DNA of 64,000 bases. It comes from Carcharhinus amblyrhynchos (lineage: Eukaryota). Below, piece by piece: positions 1-13,129 of this stretch. The notes under the pieces are model-generated. The model did no database searches and was not told the DNA's origin. It worked only from the letters and a program-made list of their open reading frames with translations. Made by a program: the position numbers and the translations under genes. How positions within the stretch are numbered: the first letter of the stretch is position 1; every line of letters begins with the position of its first letter. Location: assembly GCA_965287045.1 (NCBI GenBank), contig OZ336886.1:19778001-19842000 (forward strand), written 5' to 3'.

Positions 1-1720
1 TGGATGAAAAACCCTCATTGCTCGAGGTGAGGAAATAGAAAGGTACCCGGCAATGTTGGAATCCCAGCCGAACTGACTACTCAAGCCCAGAAAGCTCCAT
101 CTATTACTACCCCATTATGATCTTCTCCTTCTCTGCTAGAAGGTAGTCTCCATTCCACCATTGATACGTGATGCAAAAATCATTACACTTTACAAAAACT
201 AAGATGGCAGAGGAGATGGTAACAAAGACAAGGGCACCTCATTCCTTAGTGCCATGGGGAAGGCCTCTGCTAGAGTCATAATTGAAACATTCCATCTACT
301 TGCAGAGCAAGTGTACTTGGAAGCACATGCAATTTTCATTACAGAAGATCTGTGAACGTGATCCTCACCATACATCAGTTGAAAGAGAATTGTAGGGAAC
401 ATCTTAATGTGATCTTTACTTCGGGGATCACACTAAGGCAGCCAAAACACCTCCCACAGAGTGGATTCTTTTAATTTATTAGATGACAAGGCTAAAGGTA
501 ATTCTCATATAATCCATCAGTCCCAAGTTGAACTGCTACAAAAATGCTGCTATCTTAAGTGAGGTATCTAAGGTAATGGTTATGCCATCTCAAAAATAAA
601 CAGCTACAGAATTAATTTGGAATTGGCAACATTATCCCTTTGAGCTAGAGAACATTCTGCACTTGTAATAAACTAACATTGTCAACGGACAGACTAGGAC
701 CTGATCCTTATGTTAGCATGCCTTTGGCAGTATAATTGCAGTCTAATTGATAACTGTCTAAGATGTTGTGCTTCCCAATCAGCTACTTTATTCTGGTTCG
801 ATTTCTCCATTTCAGATCATCTGTTGCAGAAGTACCTTATTCATATTTATTAGTTGAGTTGGTGCATTGTTAACCTTAAATAAGAGTGCTTAATTCTAAA
901 CTCTGGAAATTTATTTCCTCAAGGACTGGTATGCAAACTTGATGGGCAAGGAAGAATTTCTGGGAAGCAAAGTCAAATCTTTGACAGTCGTCTGTAGTTA
1001 TAGAGCCAAAGTAGCAGTGCAACACAAGGATTGTGTCTCAATTTGTCCTTTGGAGCTGGGTTTTCCAGTCAGTGGTGAAGTCAAGATGCTGACCCCAAGG
1101 AATGCTGCCCATAGAACTCAAAATTTCTATGGCTTGGGTTTCCCTTTTCCCAATGTTGCTTTCAATCTGGTGCCAACTTAAGGGGATCTGCAGAAATCCG
1201 GAACAGAGATAGCATCATGCAAAGTAAGCAGCCAATCACATTGAAGTATTCTCACAGACAGCAAACCAGGAAGTAAACTGTGCTGATTATCCTTTATGTC
1301 TTAATTATTTTACAGGGAGTCATGAACAAAGGATTAAAGTACAAACTGAAACAATCTTAAATACAAAATGTGGAATTTTATCATAATAGAGAAATTTGAC
1401 ATTTGTAAATATACAGATAGTTTATCGAAGTAAATATGGTTACTCAGAAATAATTATGAATTTAGTTCAAACATAACTTGGAGCTTAGAATTAACTTGAA
1501 GCCCAGTTACCCTTCATTAAAAAAGTGTAACTTTTTGTTTTTTAAAAAAAGTAATATTACTGCAAGTTCAGTGATTTTTAATTGATTGCAGCCTGCAAAT
1601 ACTTGCAACACTGCATCAAGTGAAGGATGGTAGAAGCACTGACAGCAACTTTTGAATTTCCATGTTGATCTGCACATAAATAGATGCCACAAGTTGCTGT
1701 CAGTTTCATCAGCGTAATAA

Positions 1721-1970
1721 TCGCTTGGGCCACTGTCTGTGTGGCATTTGCACGTCCTCCCCGTGTCTGCGCGGATTTCCTCCATATGCTCTGGTTTCCT
1801 CCCCAAGTCATAAAGACGTGCTGGTTATGTGCATTGGCCGTGCTAAATTCTCCCTCAGTATATCTGAACACCACCGGAATGTGGCAACTAGGGAATTTTC
1901 ACAGTAACTTCATTGCAGTGTTAATGTAAGTCTACTTGTGACACTAATAAATAAACTTAAACTTAAACTT
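1721..1970 (+). mobile_element. V-SINE (HE1-like core), 5'-truncated, with alternative (type B) 3' tail
   Basis: V-domain ccgtgtctgcgcggatttcctcc...ggtttcctcc, then tail cacagtaacttcattgcagtgttaatgtaagtctacttgtgacactaataaat(aaactt)3. Confidence 0.85.
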
Positions 1971-3428
1971 ATGGAGAATGCTGACAGTTCTGTCACTGTC
2001 ACTTGGAAAATTTGAAATGTTAGCTTTTGCAATAATTTGGAAATATTTCTGTTGGACACCCCAGGGTAAGATACTGCTGCCCAGACATCCCAGCTGAAGT
2101 GGGCACTGTAGTTGTGCCATAAATACAATTCACAACTGCCTAAAGCTTAGGTTTTGAATTGGGTGAAGGGCACGTTCATGGAGTGGGCAGAAGGTCTGCT
2201 CTGACCCCAAGACACCAAAGCACAATTTTATTTTGGAACCTGGCTTTGTTCTTACAATTGACCGTGGAGCCACCCTGCTCCTTGTATCAAGAACCGCCTA
2301 CAACTAGGCAAACACATTTGTTCTAATTATGGCTTAGCATAATTTAAGTTCACACTTATTAACATACATGGTATAATTCCTTTACTGAAATGATCATGCT
2401 ATGAGAACTTAAGGACCTTGTGTCAAGTGACTCAATTTTTCAGGAAGCAGAGCCTCCAACTTTCCTATAATCAAACCTTTCTCTCATTGAGGCAGAAAAT
2501 AAACATCTTTTTCTCACACAAGTGTATTTGTGAAATCATGTTGTTGATTTTCATTTTTGATTTCCAGGCTCTTTCTGGCCACACAGGACCCAAGGACAAA
2601 AAGAAGAGGTCACCGGTTTAAATAAGCCTGCAATGACGTACTTCAAACACATAATATTATAACAGATAACATGTGGCCCATAATCTTGCCTGAAGCAGAA
2701 ACTTTTCTTTTGTCCCTATACTTGGGAGGAGCTTACTCATTTGGTAGCTGTGGAGTATTGCAAGTCTAGATACAGATTTTGAAGACAAATTTACTAACAG
2801 GGGTATAGACCTTGTAAAACGGTTGCTTTTTGTTTTCAACTTTTGTAGCTCTAGCTTGTTCAATAAAGTCCCTTTAAAGTTTTAAAGTTCCTTCCAGTTC
2901 AAAGACAATCGAGTCGAACAATATTCTATATTTTAAAGCCTTGTGAGACATATTGCAATGTGCTTCAACAAGTTGATGACTGCATTGTGTAAAATAAAAT
3001 GTAGTGCATTTAACTGGATGATACTTTAACTGCAACTTAAACTCGATGAAAGAGATACCACTAAAATAATCCAATTATATTGAAATGAGTGAATATATCA
3101 CTAGACTTGTAACCTAGTTATCAATGTTGATTGAGATGCACACCAGTAACACGAGGATGTGGAGCCATCTTTGCAGCTAAGTGCCATTTATACCGGGTGG
3201 TTCAAGAATATCCTGAAGGCTGTCTGCTTAACTTATAATCACTTAACTGGCCACAGATAATAAGGTTAATTTGAGTTCTCCCCCCGAACATGTGTATGTG
3301 AGAAGGTGGTGCCATACTTTCATAAAATAGGAAAACAGATTATAAAAGACCAGTAAATAATTCTACTTCAGCAGCATTCTGTAGAGTCCAGATGCAGCCA
3401 CCTATTGTGATAAGTCTGCCAGAGTGTT

Positions 3429-3775
3429 ATAGAATCATACAACCCTACAGTGCAGAAAGAGGCCCTTCGGCCCATCGAGTCTGCACCGACACAATCCCAC
3501 CCAGGCCCTACCCCCATATCCCTACATATTATACTCACTAATCCCTCTAACCTACACATCCCTAGACACTAAGGGGTAATTTCTTAGCATGGCCAATCAA
3601 CCTAACCTGCACATCTTTGGACTGTGGGAGGAAACCAGAGTACCTGGAGGAAACCCACGCAGACACGAGGAGAATGTGCAAACTCCACACAGACAGTGAC
3701 CCGAGCCGAGAATCGAACCCAGGACCCTGGAGCTGTGAAGCAGCAGTGCTAACCACTGTGCTACAGTGCCACCCC
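3429..3775 (-). mobile_element. HE1 SINE, near full length
   Basis: On the minus strand: tRNA head with A/B boxes (cagtggttagcactgctg...gggttcgattc), V-domain, and CR1/HER1-type tail gatgggccgaagggcctctttctgcactgtagggttgtatgattctat. Confidence 0.92.
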
Positions 3776-3789
3776 ACATTGTTGGAAAA

Positions 3790-5450
3790 AGCAGAATAGT
3801 GAAAGTGGTATAAGAATATACTCTGGACAAGTTTTCAAGAACAAAACATTCTGGAACAGCCAAGGGACCAGGCCATATTGCATTTAGCCATGAGTTACAA
3901 ACCAGAATTACTTAACAATCCTGATGGTATGGAGACATCTTGAAAATAGGAATCATAATACGATATTAGGATCAACAGGAAGAATGAAAGGCAAAAAACA
4001 AGGTTTTACATTTAAGGAATGAGAAATGAATTTACTGCAGCAAACTGGGCCGAACCTATAAACAGTGGGAAGTGCTCAAGGAAGTGTTTAATAGGACACA
4101 GAACAACTATGATGTCCTAAAAGAATAAATGTCATTTGTACAGTTCTGCAACCATGATCGGCAAATGAGGTAAGACACCATGTCACACCAAATGCAAAGA
4201 AATGTGGAAATCCAATGGACTGAGAGAGCTAGAAAGGACAAAAAAAATGAAGTAATATGAGGTGCAGAAAGAAAATATGAAAAAGAAAATTCAAGGGATA
4301 TCAAATCTAATAGTAAAGTATTTAAAAATACATTTAATTAATGAATGTGCTAAAGGGCAATGAGGCCAATTAAAGTTCAATGCGAACAAAATTGTAATGG
4401 ACAAGAAGGAAACATCAAACTTATTAGCAAAGTACATTTTTCAATTTTCACAGTGGAGCAAAAAGTCACAATACCAGAAGTGCCAGGGCATCTAAGTTAA
4501 ATGGAGAAAGTCAGTGGGTTTAATATGTAAAACGTGTTATCCATTTTAAGAGAGACGTAATGGGCCACGGTGGACAAAGATCCAGGACCTGATCATTTCT
4601 ACCCAGAATACTGACAAAGAAAGGTAAAGAAATTGCAGGTGCATTAACCATAACCAAACAAAAAGTATATTGCGCATTGGAAAATTGTAAATGTCATTCT
4701 ATTGTTGAAGGAGGATGCAATTAACTAATTACAGACCCATCAATTTGTTATCAGTTGTGGGGAGCTTACTGAAATTTACCATCAGAGACACATAACCAGG
4801 CATTTGGAATTTATAAGCTGTTATCTATTGGGACTTCTAGAATGTATCTGACAAGATCTCACATAATTAGCTGCAAAAACGAAAGAATAAGAAATTGGAG
4901 GTAACCTTGTGATATCTGTCTTTAATTGGTTGGGAGACTAGAGACAGAAAACAGAAATAAAGGGACCAAATTCTGATAAAAAGAATGTAACAACTAGTCT
5001 TCCATAAAAATAGATCTATGCTGGGGCTTTAATTTTTCACCATATATATTAATGAGCTGAATGAGGGAATAGAGAGTTGTATATCCAAGGCTGCTGATGA
5101 TACTATTAGAAGGCACAATGTGAAGTGCACATGGGAATTTACAAAGTAAAAAGTAGAATTAGTTAGTGGGCTATGAAAGATGAAACTCAATGCAGGGAAG
5201 TGTGAGGTTATCCACTCTGGATCTGAAAAAGAAAATAAGAATATTTTCTTAATGGTTAGATGTCAGAGCTGTTGAGGCCCAAAGGATTCACAAAAAGTGG
5301 TCACAAGGGTACAAAAAGTGACCAGATAGCCTATTGGGACATTGGTCTCTCTCTCAAGGGAACTGGAATACTCAAGTGAGGAACTGATGTTGCAGTTTTA
5401 TGATCAGAAGTAGTGTTCAATTTTGGGCACTTCATCAGAGGAAAGATATT
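3790..5450 (+). mobile_element. Degenerate CR1-clade LINE ORF2 (endonuclease end and RT)
   Basis: Frameshifted motifs resembling KxPGPD, WKIxNV, NYRPIxLxSVVG, IYxDFxxxxDK and FTIYINxL...ISKxADDT. Confidence 0.85.
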
Positions 5451-5479
5451 ATATAGTCGTTTAGTAGTGTAGAACTTGA

Positions 5480-7080
5480 GTATTGCTGAAAACAAAAAGA
5501 TGTGTCAAATCTTCTCATTTTGCACTCATCTGGAGACATCGCAAAAATAAGTTTATTTATTATTATCACAAGTAGGCTTACATTAACAACACAATGAAGT
5601 TACTGTGAAAATACCACTATAAGGGGAAAAATCTATTCATACTATATGAGAAAAATGTGCTGATTGATTGAGAAGTGAACTCTGATTGGGTGCCATGGAG
5701 AATGCGCTAAGTGATTGACAATTAATTGCCAAGCATTTGAAATTTAAACCAGGCAGTTTGACCCTGATTGATCAAGGCATTGCCTTGAGGTATGAGCCGA
5801 TGAATACTGTCACTTATTTTCTTTAGCTGAATTAGATGCAATGTGTGTAACTGTTCTTTCTGTCTGCAAAGAGGGACGTGCGTGTGAATATATGTAGCTT
5901 CCAATACACTTACAGCACCACACTGCGAGCCCGAATGACAATCTTAAATTGGTTCTCAGCGTAATTCTTAATATACTGAGGATTATTTAGCAATTGCAGA
6001 ACCAGATTTAATGTTGGACACTGTGTTTTGCATTTTGCGTACATGAGCTGGTTGGGCATGATCTATACCTTGCCCTTTGTGAAAAGCAGCTTGGGACATG
6101 TTATTTGATAGGATCTGCTGATCTTCGGGATGTACAGCCGATGTATCTAGCATCACACTGGCACCAAAATTCGTAATACTGCGTTACTCGTTTGTGTGAT
6201 AGCAGCACATCATTTTGGCTTGATGGCAGCATCCTATTAGTGGCAAATATCACTCATATTACTGCATGGTAGCAGAATGAAACAGCTAGCTGTATTCTCT
6301 GTTTTGAGATACCTTGCCCTTCCAAGGTCATCTGAGGTAGGCTGGGCACTTTTCAGAACCAAAGTGCGAGAATGTGTGTGATATCCAGCATGAAATGCCC
6401 TGATCAAGGTCACCATTATCCCACATGATGTCTTTGATGTGCCCTATTTCAGCATCAAGCTTGCATGATCAGCAAACGACTTGGGCCTTATTTACAAGAT
6501 TGTTGATTAGGCCAATCTAATGGAATTCTTGCACGGATCTAGTATATTAATGAGTGGTACATTAGCTGTTCACATATGCATCCAACATCACACTTCATCA
6601 CAGTCCTATCCGCCCTCCTGCACCATACTACCTCACCTATTCCACAACCCTGCAGCATTCCTCTCTTTCCCCTACCATCAAAGAAAGTGAGTTCATTTGA
6701 TGGCTCCATATTAATGGTGAATTTAAGTACTGGATGGAGTCCATTAAAATATGGTAAGGAAATTATTACATGCAGCTATGGATTTAACTATAGCAAAGAT
6801 ATTATCCACATATTTGAAATATGCAAGGGTTAGGAGGTTGGGTGTCACTCCATCAAAGACACATTTCTTATGGAACCCATCAAAGATGTTTGCAAGAGCT
6901 GGGCCTAGAGGGGATCCCAATGACAACACCATCTACTTAGTCACACATGGTGTCATTAAAGCAGAACTCAACTGCGCAAGTTGGCGAGTTCATAAGTTCA
7001 ATGAATACGGATTACCACAATGGTGGCACAATATTAGCCTTGGAGCAACTTACAGCACGAAATTCAGTCTGTGATGTCAA
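5480..7080 (-). mobile_element. Degenerate Penelope-like element (RT plus GIY-YIG)
   Basis: ORF 6744-6932 has LGSPLGPALANIF...YFKYVDNIF. A CDARYIG motif lies near 6130-6190. ORF 5722-5904 has EATYIHT..PLCRQKE. Confidence 0.85.
5551..5612 (-). mobile_element. Isolated type-B SINE/LINE tail inserted in the Penelope relic
   Basis: tttatttattattatcacaagtaggcttacattaac...aatgaagttactgtgaaaat is the reverse complement of the tail near 1895-1955. Confidence 0.75.
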
Positions 7081-7519
7081 TTGATAAGTCCTGGGGAGTA
7101 TACTCAAGGAATTAGTGATAAGGAGAGATGGTGAGGGTTAATAGGGGAGTGGGAGTCAGTAGGATGGGGAGGTATAGATATAGCAATGATAGGTGAAGGG
7201 GAGCTGTTGGAGGGTATACAGAAGGGTAAGCAGATTCTGGCATTGGCAGAGTGATGGATAGCATCCACTGTGGCAGGGGTGGGCTCTTTGGGAAAGTAGG
7301 GGATGTGGGCATCCAGTTGCACAGGATGGAAACTGATGGGGCGGGTTGAAGGGTAACTATGGGAAGGTCAAATATTACACTTGGAGGGGTGATTAATGGT
7401 CATGGGGGCTAGGTTGTAGGTCATGGGGGAAGGGGTAAAGGTATTGGACTGGACATTGAATATTACACAAACCATGACCGCTCACAACAATGTAGAACTT
7501 CACCGAAGATATCTCAAGA

Positions 7520-8370
7520 TGCTGGGTGGGAATTTGGTCAGCAGAGGTGGATGGAGCAGGACCCCATCTCCACTGACGGGGAATCCCAGAGTGTACTAGT
7601 TACAATGTTGGGACAGTGCGACAGATCAGAGGGGAGGCAAAAACTTGGCATGTGTGGGAGTCTTCTTGCACAAAGCTCACAAGGGCCCTAATAAATACCT
7701 CTGCCTCCCTGTACATGCATGAGTCCAGGGCACATAGACTCACCCTGGCGTGCCCCAGGTTTGACGACTACAAATCAGACGTAAATTATATCAAACCTCA
7801 TTAAAATGCAAGTGTCGTCTACTTACAGAGCTGTCATAACATTAGGATCATAGTGCACCCATGCAACATTATGAAATCAAAACTTCTTAATTTCATGTTC
7901 CCTACCACTTCTTGGTGCCCCCCCAACATCCACAGCAAGGGTGGGTGCAACCTGCTGACCGGTTTGCCCTGTTGTCTTGGATGATGTTGGCAGCCATCCT
8001 CTGGAGACTCAAGAACATCTCTGCTTGATGTTCACCCCAGCTCTCGCAGCAGCCCGAGTATCTCAGGCAGGCTGATCTCAGAAGCACAGCACCTGATCTG
8101 GATGTCGCAGCTATCTCTTCCCCAGCAGTCCTCCAGTGCACTTGGCTGACCCTGCCTTCTCCTGCTGCAGACCTGTGTCCATGTGGTGACCACCAGAATG
8201 TGAGACCTTGCCTGAATTAGATCTAGTAGTACCCCCTGAGGTGTGTGCCTCTGCACTGAAGGAAAGTGCAAGTGACTGTTGTGTTGCATCTACAGGTACA
8301 CTTGTAGAGGGCATTGTCCTCCCTGAACAGTTCCCACACAGCCATGAGGCTTATGCCCAGAACAGATAAT
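7520..8370 (-). mobile_element. Possible Harbinger-type relic (accessory gene region)
   Basis: TIR-like gggtgggaattt start, GA-rich flank at 7085-7470, and a low-complexity helical ORF remnant. No diagnostic catalytic motif seen. Confidence 0.3.
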
Positions 8371-8464
8371 CCTGATTTGTCTGTTTGGAATCATTAGAAG
8401 GTGCTGGAAAGAATGTTATCTGGGTTCATAGGAAAAAGTTGTGAATCATGGTCACACTATTATT

Positions 8465-8651
8465 GTAAGAAGTCTCACGACACCAGGATAAGTCCAACAG
8501 GTTTGTTTGGAATCACGAGTTTCCGGAATGAAGGATAAAGGAGCAGCAGTCCAAGAGCTCATGATTCCAAATAAACTTGTTGGAATTTAACCTCATGCTC
8601 TGAGACTTATTATTGTGCCTACCCCAGTCCAATGCCAGCATCTCCACGTCA
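8465..8651. mobile_element. Inverted (fold-back) Penelope terminal-repeat relic
   Basis: gtaagaagtctcacgacaccagg..gtccaacaggtttgtttggaatc pairs with gattccaaataaacttgttgga..aacct...gagactt. Same family as 13130-13327. Confidence 0.7.
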
Positions 8652-9768
8652 CAGGCATTATTACTGGACTAAACAACTCACTGCAGCCAGGTGAACAATG
8701 CAGAGAACAACCTTAGAGTGGAGCAAATCACTTTGATAAAAAGGGACGTTAATTAAATGGAAACTCAAATATTGGACCTAAAACTGGAGTCAGAACAGAT
8801 TGTGTTCAAATAAATGGGACAGAATCCCATTGTGCATAAAAAGCCCCGCATAACTGCAAGTTATAACTGTCATCTAAACTACATATAAATTTCAAAGAAG
8901 CAGGCTGTTGACAGGGATGGAGTTATTCTGATCATCCTGGGGTAATGACTGTAACTACTGCAAAAATAGGAATTTGAAAAATGTTCCCATGCATTCTCTA
9001 TACAAACACAGTTCATGGAAAATGCTCCTATAGAGCTTAAAAATATATTTTTATATGCCCATGTCAATAGATCTCATCCAGTACTGCTGGTGAGTTTTTA
9101 TATAGGACATTTCGCTAATACTGCTTTTGGTTCATAACTAAATATCTTAAGAACATAAGAAATAGGAGCTTTTTTTTTCTTTTTTTTTCATTGTTTTTTG
9201 TTTCACATCTTCACCAAATTTTGTTTGTGATTGACTGCAGTGAGCTGCTGCTCTGTTGGGCAGAACGACATAGTGGAGAGAATAAAAGACATATCCAGAG
9301 ACTGCATACAATGTAAAGGGTGAAAGAGAATGACAGATAGAACTTAAATGTGTTACTGAAGAAGTGCTACTCTATTACAGCTAGTAGGGTTCGCCTTGAG
9401 CAGTGCCAAAGAAAGAGCATATATTCCTTTTTTAGAGTCACAAAGCCAATGCACAGAGTGGACAGGACAAGCTCTTAATCCATCACCTTGCTTGCTCCAA
9501 AAACCAATTCAAATTCAAGTTGAATCCAATTCATGGTCCCCAGAAGAGAGATATACTAGATCCAAGCTGACAAGAGCAGGCATTATACCTGACCTCAGGC
9601 TTGATCCCAACAACCTTCCTGATGATTGTCTCCTCCCTGCTAGATATTGGATCAGCAACAATTGGATATGCAACACCTGATAGTTATATTGTAGTTAATG
9701 GATTGAAATATCAGGCGTTGTGGATCCACCCATTTAGTGTCTTTGTCCCAAGTGAACAGCTACCCTAC

Positions 9769-10063
9769 CATAGAATCCCTACAGTACAGAAGGAGGCCAT
9801 TTGGTCCATCAAATCTGCTTGGACTCTCTGACAGAGCATCTTATCCAGGTCCTACCTCCATAACTCAATGCATTTATCCTGGCTAATCCCTCTAACGTAC
9901 ACATCTTGGGACTGTGGAGGAAACTGGAGCACCTGGAGGAAACCCACACAGACATGGGAAAACATGCAGACTTCAAACAGACAGTCGCCCAAAGCCAGAA
10001 TTGAACCTGGGACCGTGGTTCTGTGAGGCAGCAGTGCTACCCACTGCGCCACCGTGCCACCCC
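9769..10063 (-). mobile_element. HE1 SINE
   Basis: Head, V-domain and tail are homologous to 3429-3775. Confidence 0.9.
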
Positions 10064-10065
10064 AT

Positions 10066-10345
10066 CTTTTAGATGAGATCAAACCAAGGGCTCATCTGTG
10101 CTTTCCTTTGGACGTAAAGGATTCAACAGCACAATATGAAGAAGAGAGCACTCACACCTCAACCAACATTGCTGAAGCAAATGAATTGGTCATTATGTCA
10201 TTACTGTTGATAGCAGCTTGCTGCGAGCAAATTAGCTGTCATGTTTGGTCATATTATAACAGTAACTCTACTCCAAAGATGATTAATTTGCTGTGAAGCA
10301 TATTGAGACATCACAAAATTATAAAAAGTAACTCTACTTTTCTTC
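10066..10345 (+). mobile_element. Deu-domain SINE (SacSINE1/AmnSINE1-like) relic
   Basis: gatgagatcaaacc...ggacgtaaaggat...ctcaaccaacatt...gcttgctgcgagcaaattagctg resembles the recalled DeuSINE core and L2-type tail. Confidence 0.7.
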
Positions 10346-10935
10346 TTTCTACTGTTGTAATAAGGCATGTCACACTGTTAGATGTATCCTTCAGCTCAAC
10401 GGATATTTGCCCATTATGTTGCTAAAAGTATGAGAGAATCACAGTATCTGGGACCTAAGCGAGGAAAGCTTAGGTATCTCCTTCACTCATCATATTGAAG
10501 GGTTGGGCAATAAACAGTGGTAAGGTGTATATCCCATGTGCAAAATTAATAACTTTACAAATTGAATGCATTTCAATGGTGAGCAAAAGTCTTTTCTTGT
10601 AAAGCTAACAGCACAGTGGCAAAACTTTGGAATATTGGTATGTAACCATGCGTCTGCCACTCAGCTGAAGTTCACATAGCATTTATGCAGAAATAATGCG
10701 AATGCCATTTGCCTCATCATTTTGACACCAAAATTTGCTCAGCAAGACAGAGAACTGAGGCTGGCATAGGACAGAATGACTGATATCCTGTCATTTAGTT
10801 TCTCAAATCCCTCCTGATGGTAGTCACAAAGAGTAGTGTCCAGCCTTGTGGATATTTACTGCTGATAGTATAAGTCTCTACTATGCCATTAAGAAGTTAT
10901 GAATAATAAATCAACCGATTAGTCTTGAAATAGAA

Positions 10936-11828
10936 GGAGGAATTCTCCATTTTGGGATGCGGTCCCGTGGTGGGGTGGCGAATGTGGGGTGTTTCCAACT
11001 GCGGAGGCTGGTGGGAAAGCATGTCAAATCTTCCAACCCTGACCTCATTAGTTTTTCAACCGGGTGTTTTGTGCTGTATATTGTGGCAGGGCAGGCCTGA
11101 TGGCACATAGTCCATAGTCCATAGTCCTTTTCCAGGCGCCATTTTGAAAAGGCATCCAACATTGCTGGCCCACTATTGAAGAAAGAAGGTGGACCAGCTG
11201 AAAATGAAGGTACAACTCCGGTAACACTCTGAGGCTGGAAGGTTGACCCTCTCCAGGACACCAGATGTGGAAGAGCCACCTGCCGGCTTACCCCCAAGCC
11301 ACTGCTGTGGTGTTGCAGGTCCCAAGTTTGCTGGCAGCCTCCATCTTGAACTCCAGAGATCACCTCAGGCATCATTCAGGTGAGTCTCGATGCCTGCCCG
11401 CCATAATGTTCTAGACACGTTTCGCACCAGCGTATTCCCCCTGGTGGTGTGCAGAATCGGGTATGGATGGTCAGGCCTTCATATTAGGGATGCAGATGAG
11501 TTTCATGCCAACCTCCAGTGGGTTTCCCAATCGGCCATGGCGGGCACCAAAAGAAAGATCCCGCTGTAAATTCACACTGGTGTGGTGTAAAAATGAATTC
11601 CTCCTTACCCAATGGGTATTTACCCTGGCCAATCCTCCTAACGTACACATCTTGGGACTGTCGGAGGAAACCGGAGCACCCGGAGGAAACCCATGCATAT
11701 ACTGGAGAATGTGCAGACTTCATGTAGTCACCCAAAGCCACGATTGAACTTGAGGCCCTGGCACAGTGAGGCAGTGCCCCTACCCCCGCAATTGAACCCA
11801 TTGGCAGGGTCTTGGGAGAATTCCACCC
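10936..11828. mobile_element. Non-autonomous DNA transposon (Harbinger-like MITE)
   Basis: Terminal inverted repeats ggaggaattctcc and ggagaattccacc, with a GC-rich non-coding interior. Confidence 0.55.
11620..11780 (-). mobile_element. Partial HE1 SINE nested in the MITE
   Basis: ggaggaaaccggagcacccggaggaaaccca (V-domain) and part of the head. Confidence 0.85.
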
Positions 11829-12099
11829 ATACTTTCTCAATGATTAACTGTTAATACCAGAGAATGAAGTTTTAAAATGAGACTTTATTTATATTAGCTT
11901 AAAGGATTGAAAATAAATCCCTTAATATAGGAAATGCAAGAGTTCAAGAACCACTTGTTTCTTCTTTATTAAAATGCTTTCCCCCAGTATCATGAGATTA
12001 CCAGAAATTATAGTTAATTTTAAAACATTAGTGCTTAAACTCAACTTCTGATCGATAGACATTCAAAGTCAAAGGAATCCACTTTCTCCTTGCAGGCTG

Positions 12100-12800
12100 G
12101 GTCTGGGGGTGCGGGTGGATTGTCAGAGAAGGGGCAAGATGGGGTAGGGCTTCAGGGAGGGGGAAGGGATTCAGAGACGGGTGGGGTGTCAGAGGAGGGG
12201 GTGCTGTGACAGTGGGTGGGGTGTTGGCAGGTGTGTCAGAGAAGGGAGTGGATTCCAGGTGTGAGATGATAAGCTAAAGAGGGAGCAGTGAATGGTGGAT
12301 GATACAGAGAGTCAGAGTGGGGGGGTGGGAATAACAGAGGAGGCAGAAAGTCAGCATGCTGGGTGAGAGAATGGAATTAGAAGGTGGAGTCAGGGACATT
12401 CAGTAGCAGAGTCAGGCAAGCAGACAGAGTGCTGGTGTGTCAATGGGAAGTTGGAGTCAGGGGCAGAGTCAGTGAAGAGCGAGGGCCGGGGGCGGTGGAG
12501 GGGGGGAGGTGGAGGTGACGGGTTGTCAGCTAAGAATGAAGACAAGGGAGGAATCAGACTGCTGGTGTGTCAGGGGATGGAATCAGTGAGGGTCAAGCTC
12601 AGGGGTTGAGCTAGAATACTGAGTGGCGGTGAAAGGATGGGGACAGTGGGGGTGGGAGATGCAGGGACAAGGTCAGGGTGGAGTTAGAGTGCTGGGTGTC
12701 AGAGAGACAATGGGAGCAAGAGAGCCAAGAAATGTGGGACCTGAGTGGAATTGGGGGTCAGGCAGAGTCCGATAGGCACAGAGAAACGCAAAAGCCAATT
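12100..12800 (+). repeat. G/A-rich low-complexity tract with recurring (g)agtcag(gg) units
   Basis: Strong purine skew with repeated gtcag motifs. It may be the interior of an old DNA element. Confidence 0.6.
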
Positions 12801-13129
12801 GCAGTCTGGTGGCATCAAAAAAATTAACAATGACCAGAAAATGTTCAGTGGGGCCATTTGCAGAGTGGAGGTCAGATTGTATGAATGGCCATGCTTGAAG
12901 CATTAAGCTTTTTAGATGTTGTGTACATCCAGATTAGGATTTCCAATTTCACATAGTCACAATTTTGAATTTTACCCTTTATTAAGTTTTCTTGACTTTA
13001 CACTCTGGGTATACTTTATACTCTGGTAAACCTTGTAAAGGACACGACAGGAAACTGTGACTATGCAAAATTAGGAATCAACATTGGAATGGAGACTGGA
13101 AAACTAAATAAGGAAGTCATTGGGAACAT

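Noticed and set aside
3562-3863. Recurrent ORFs such as AQWLALL.../GFPPG... and tRNA-like heads
   Set aside because: These are translations of HE1 SINE copies. The heads are tRNA-derived promoters, not tRNA genes.
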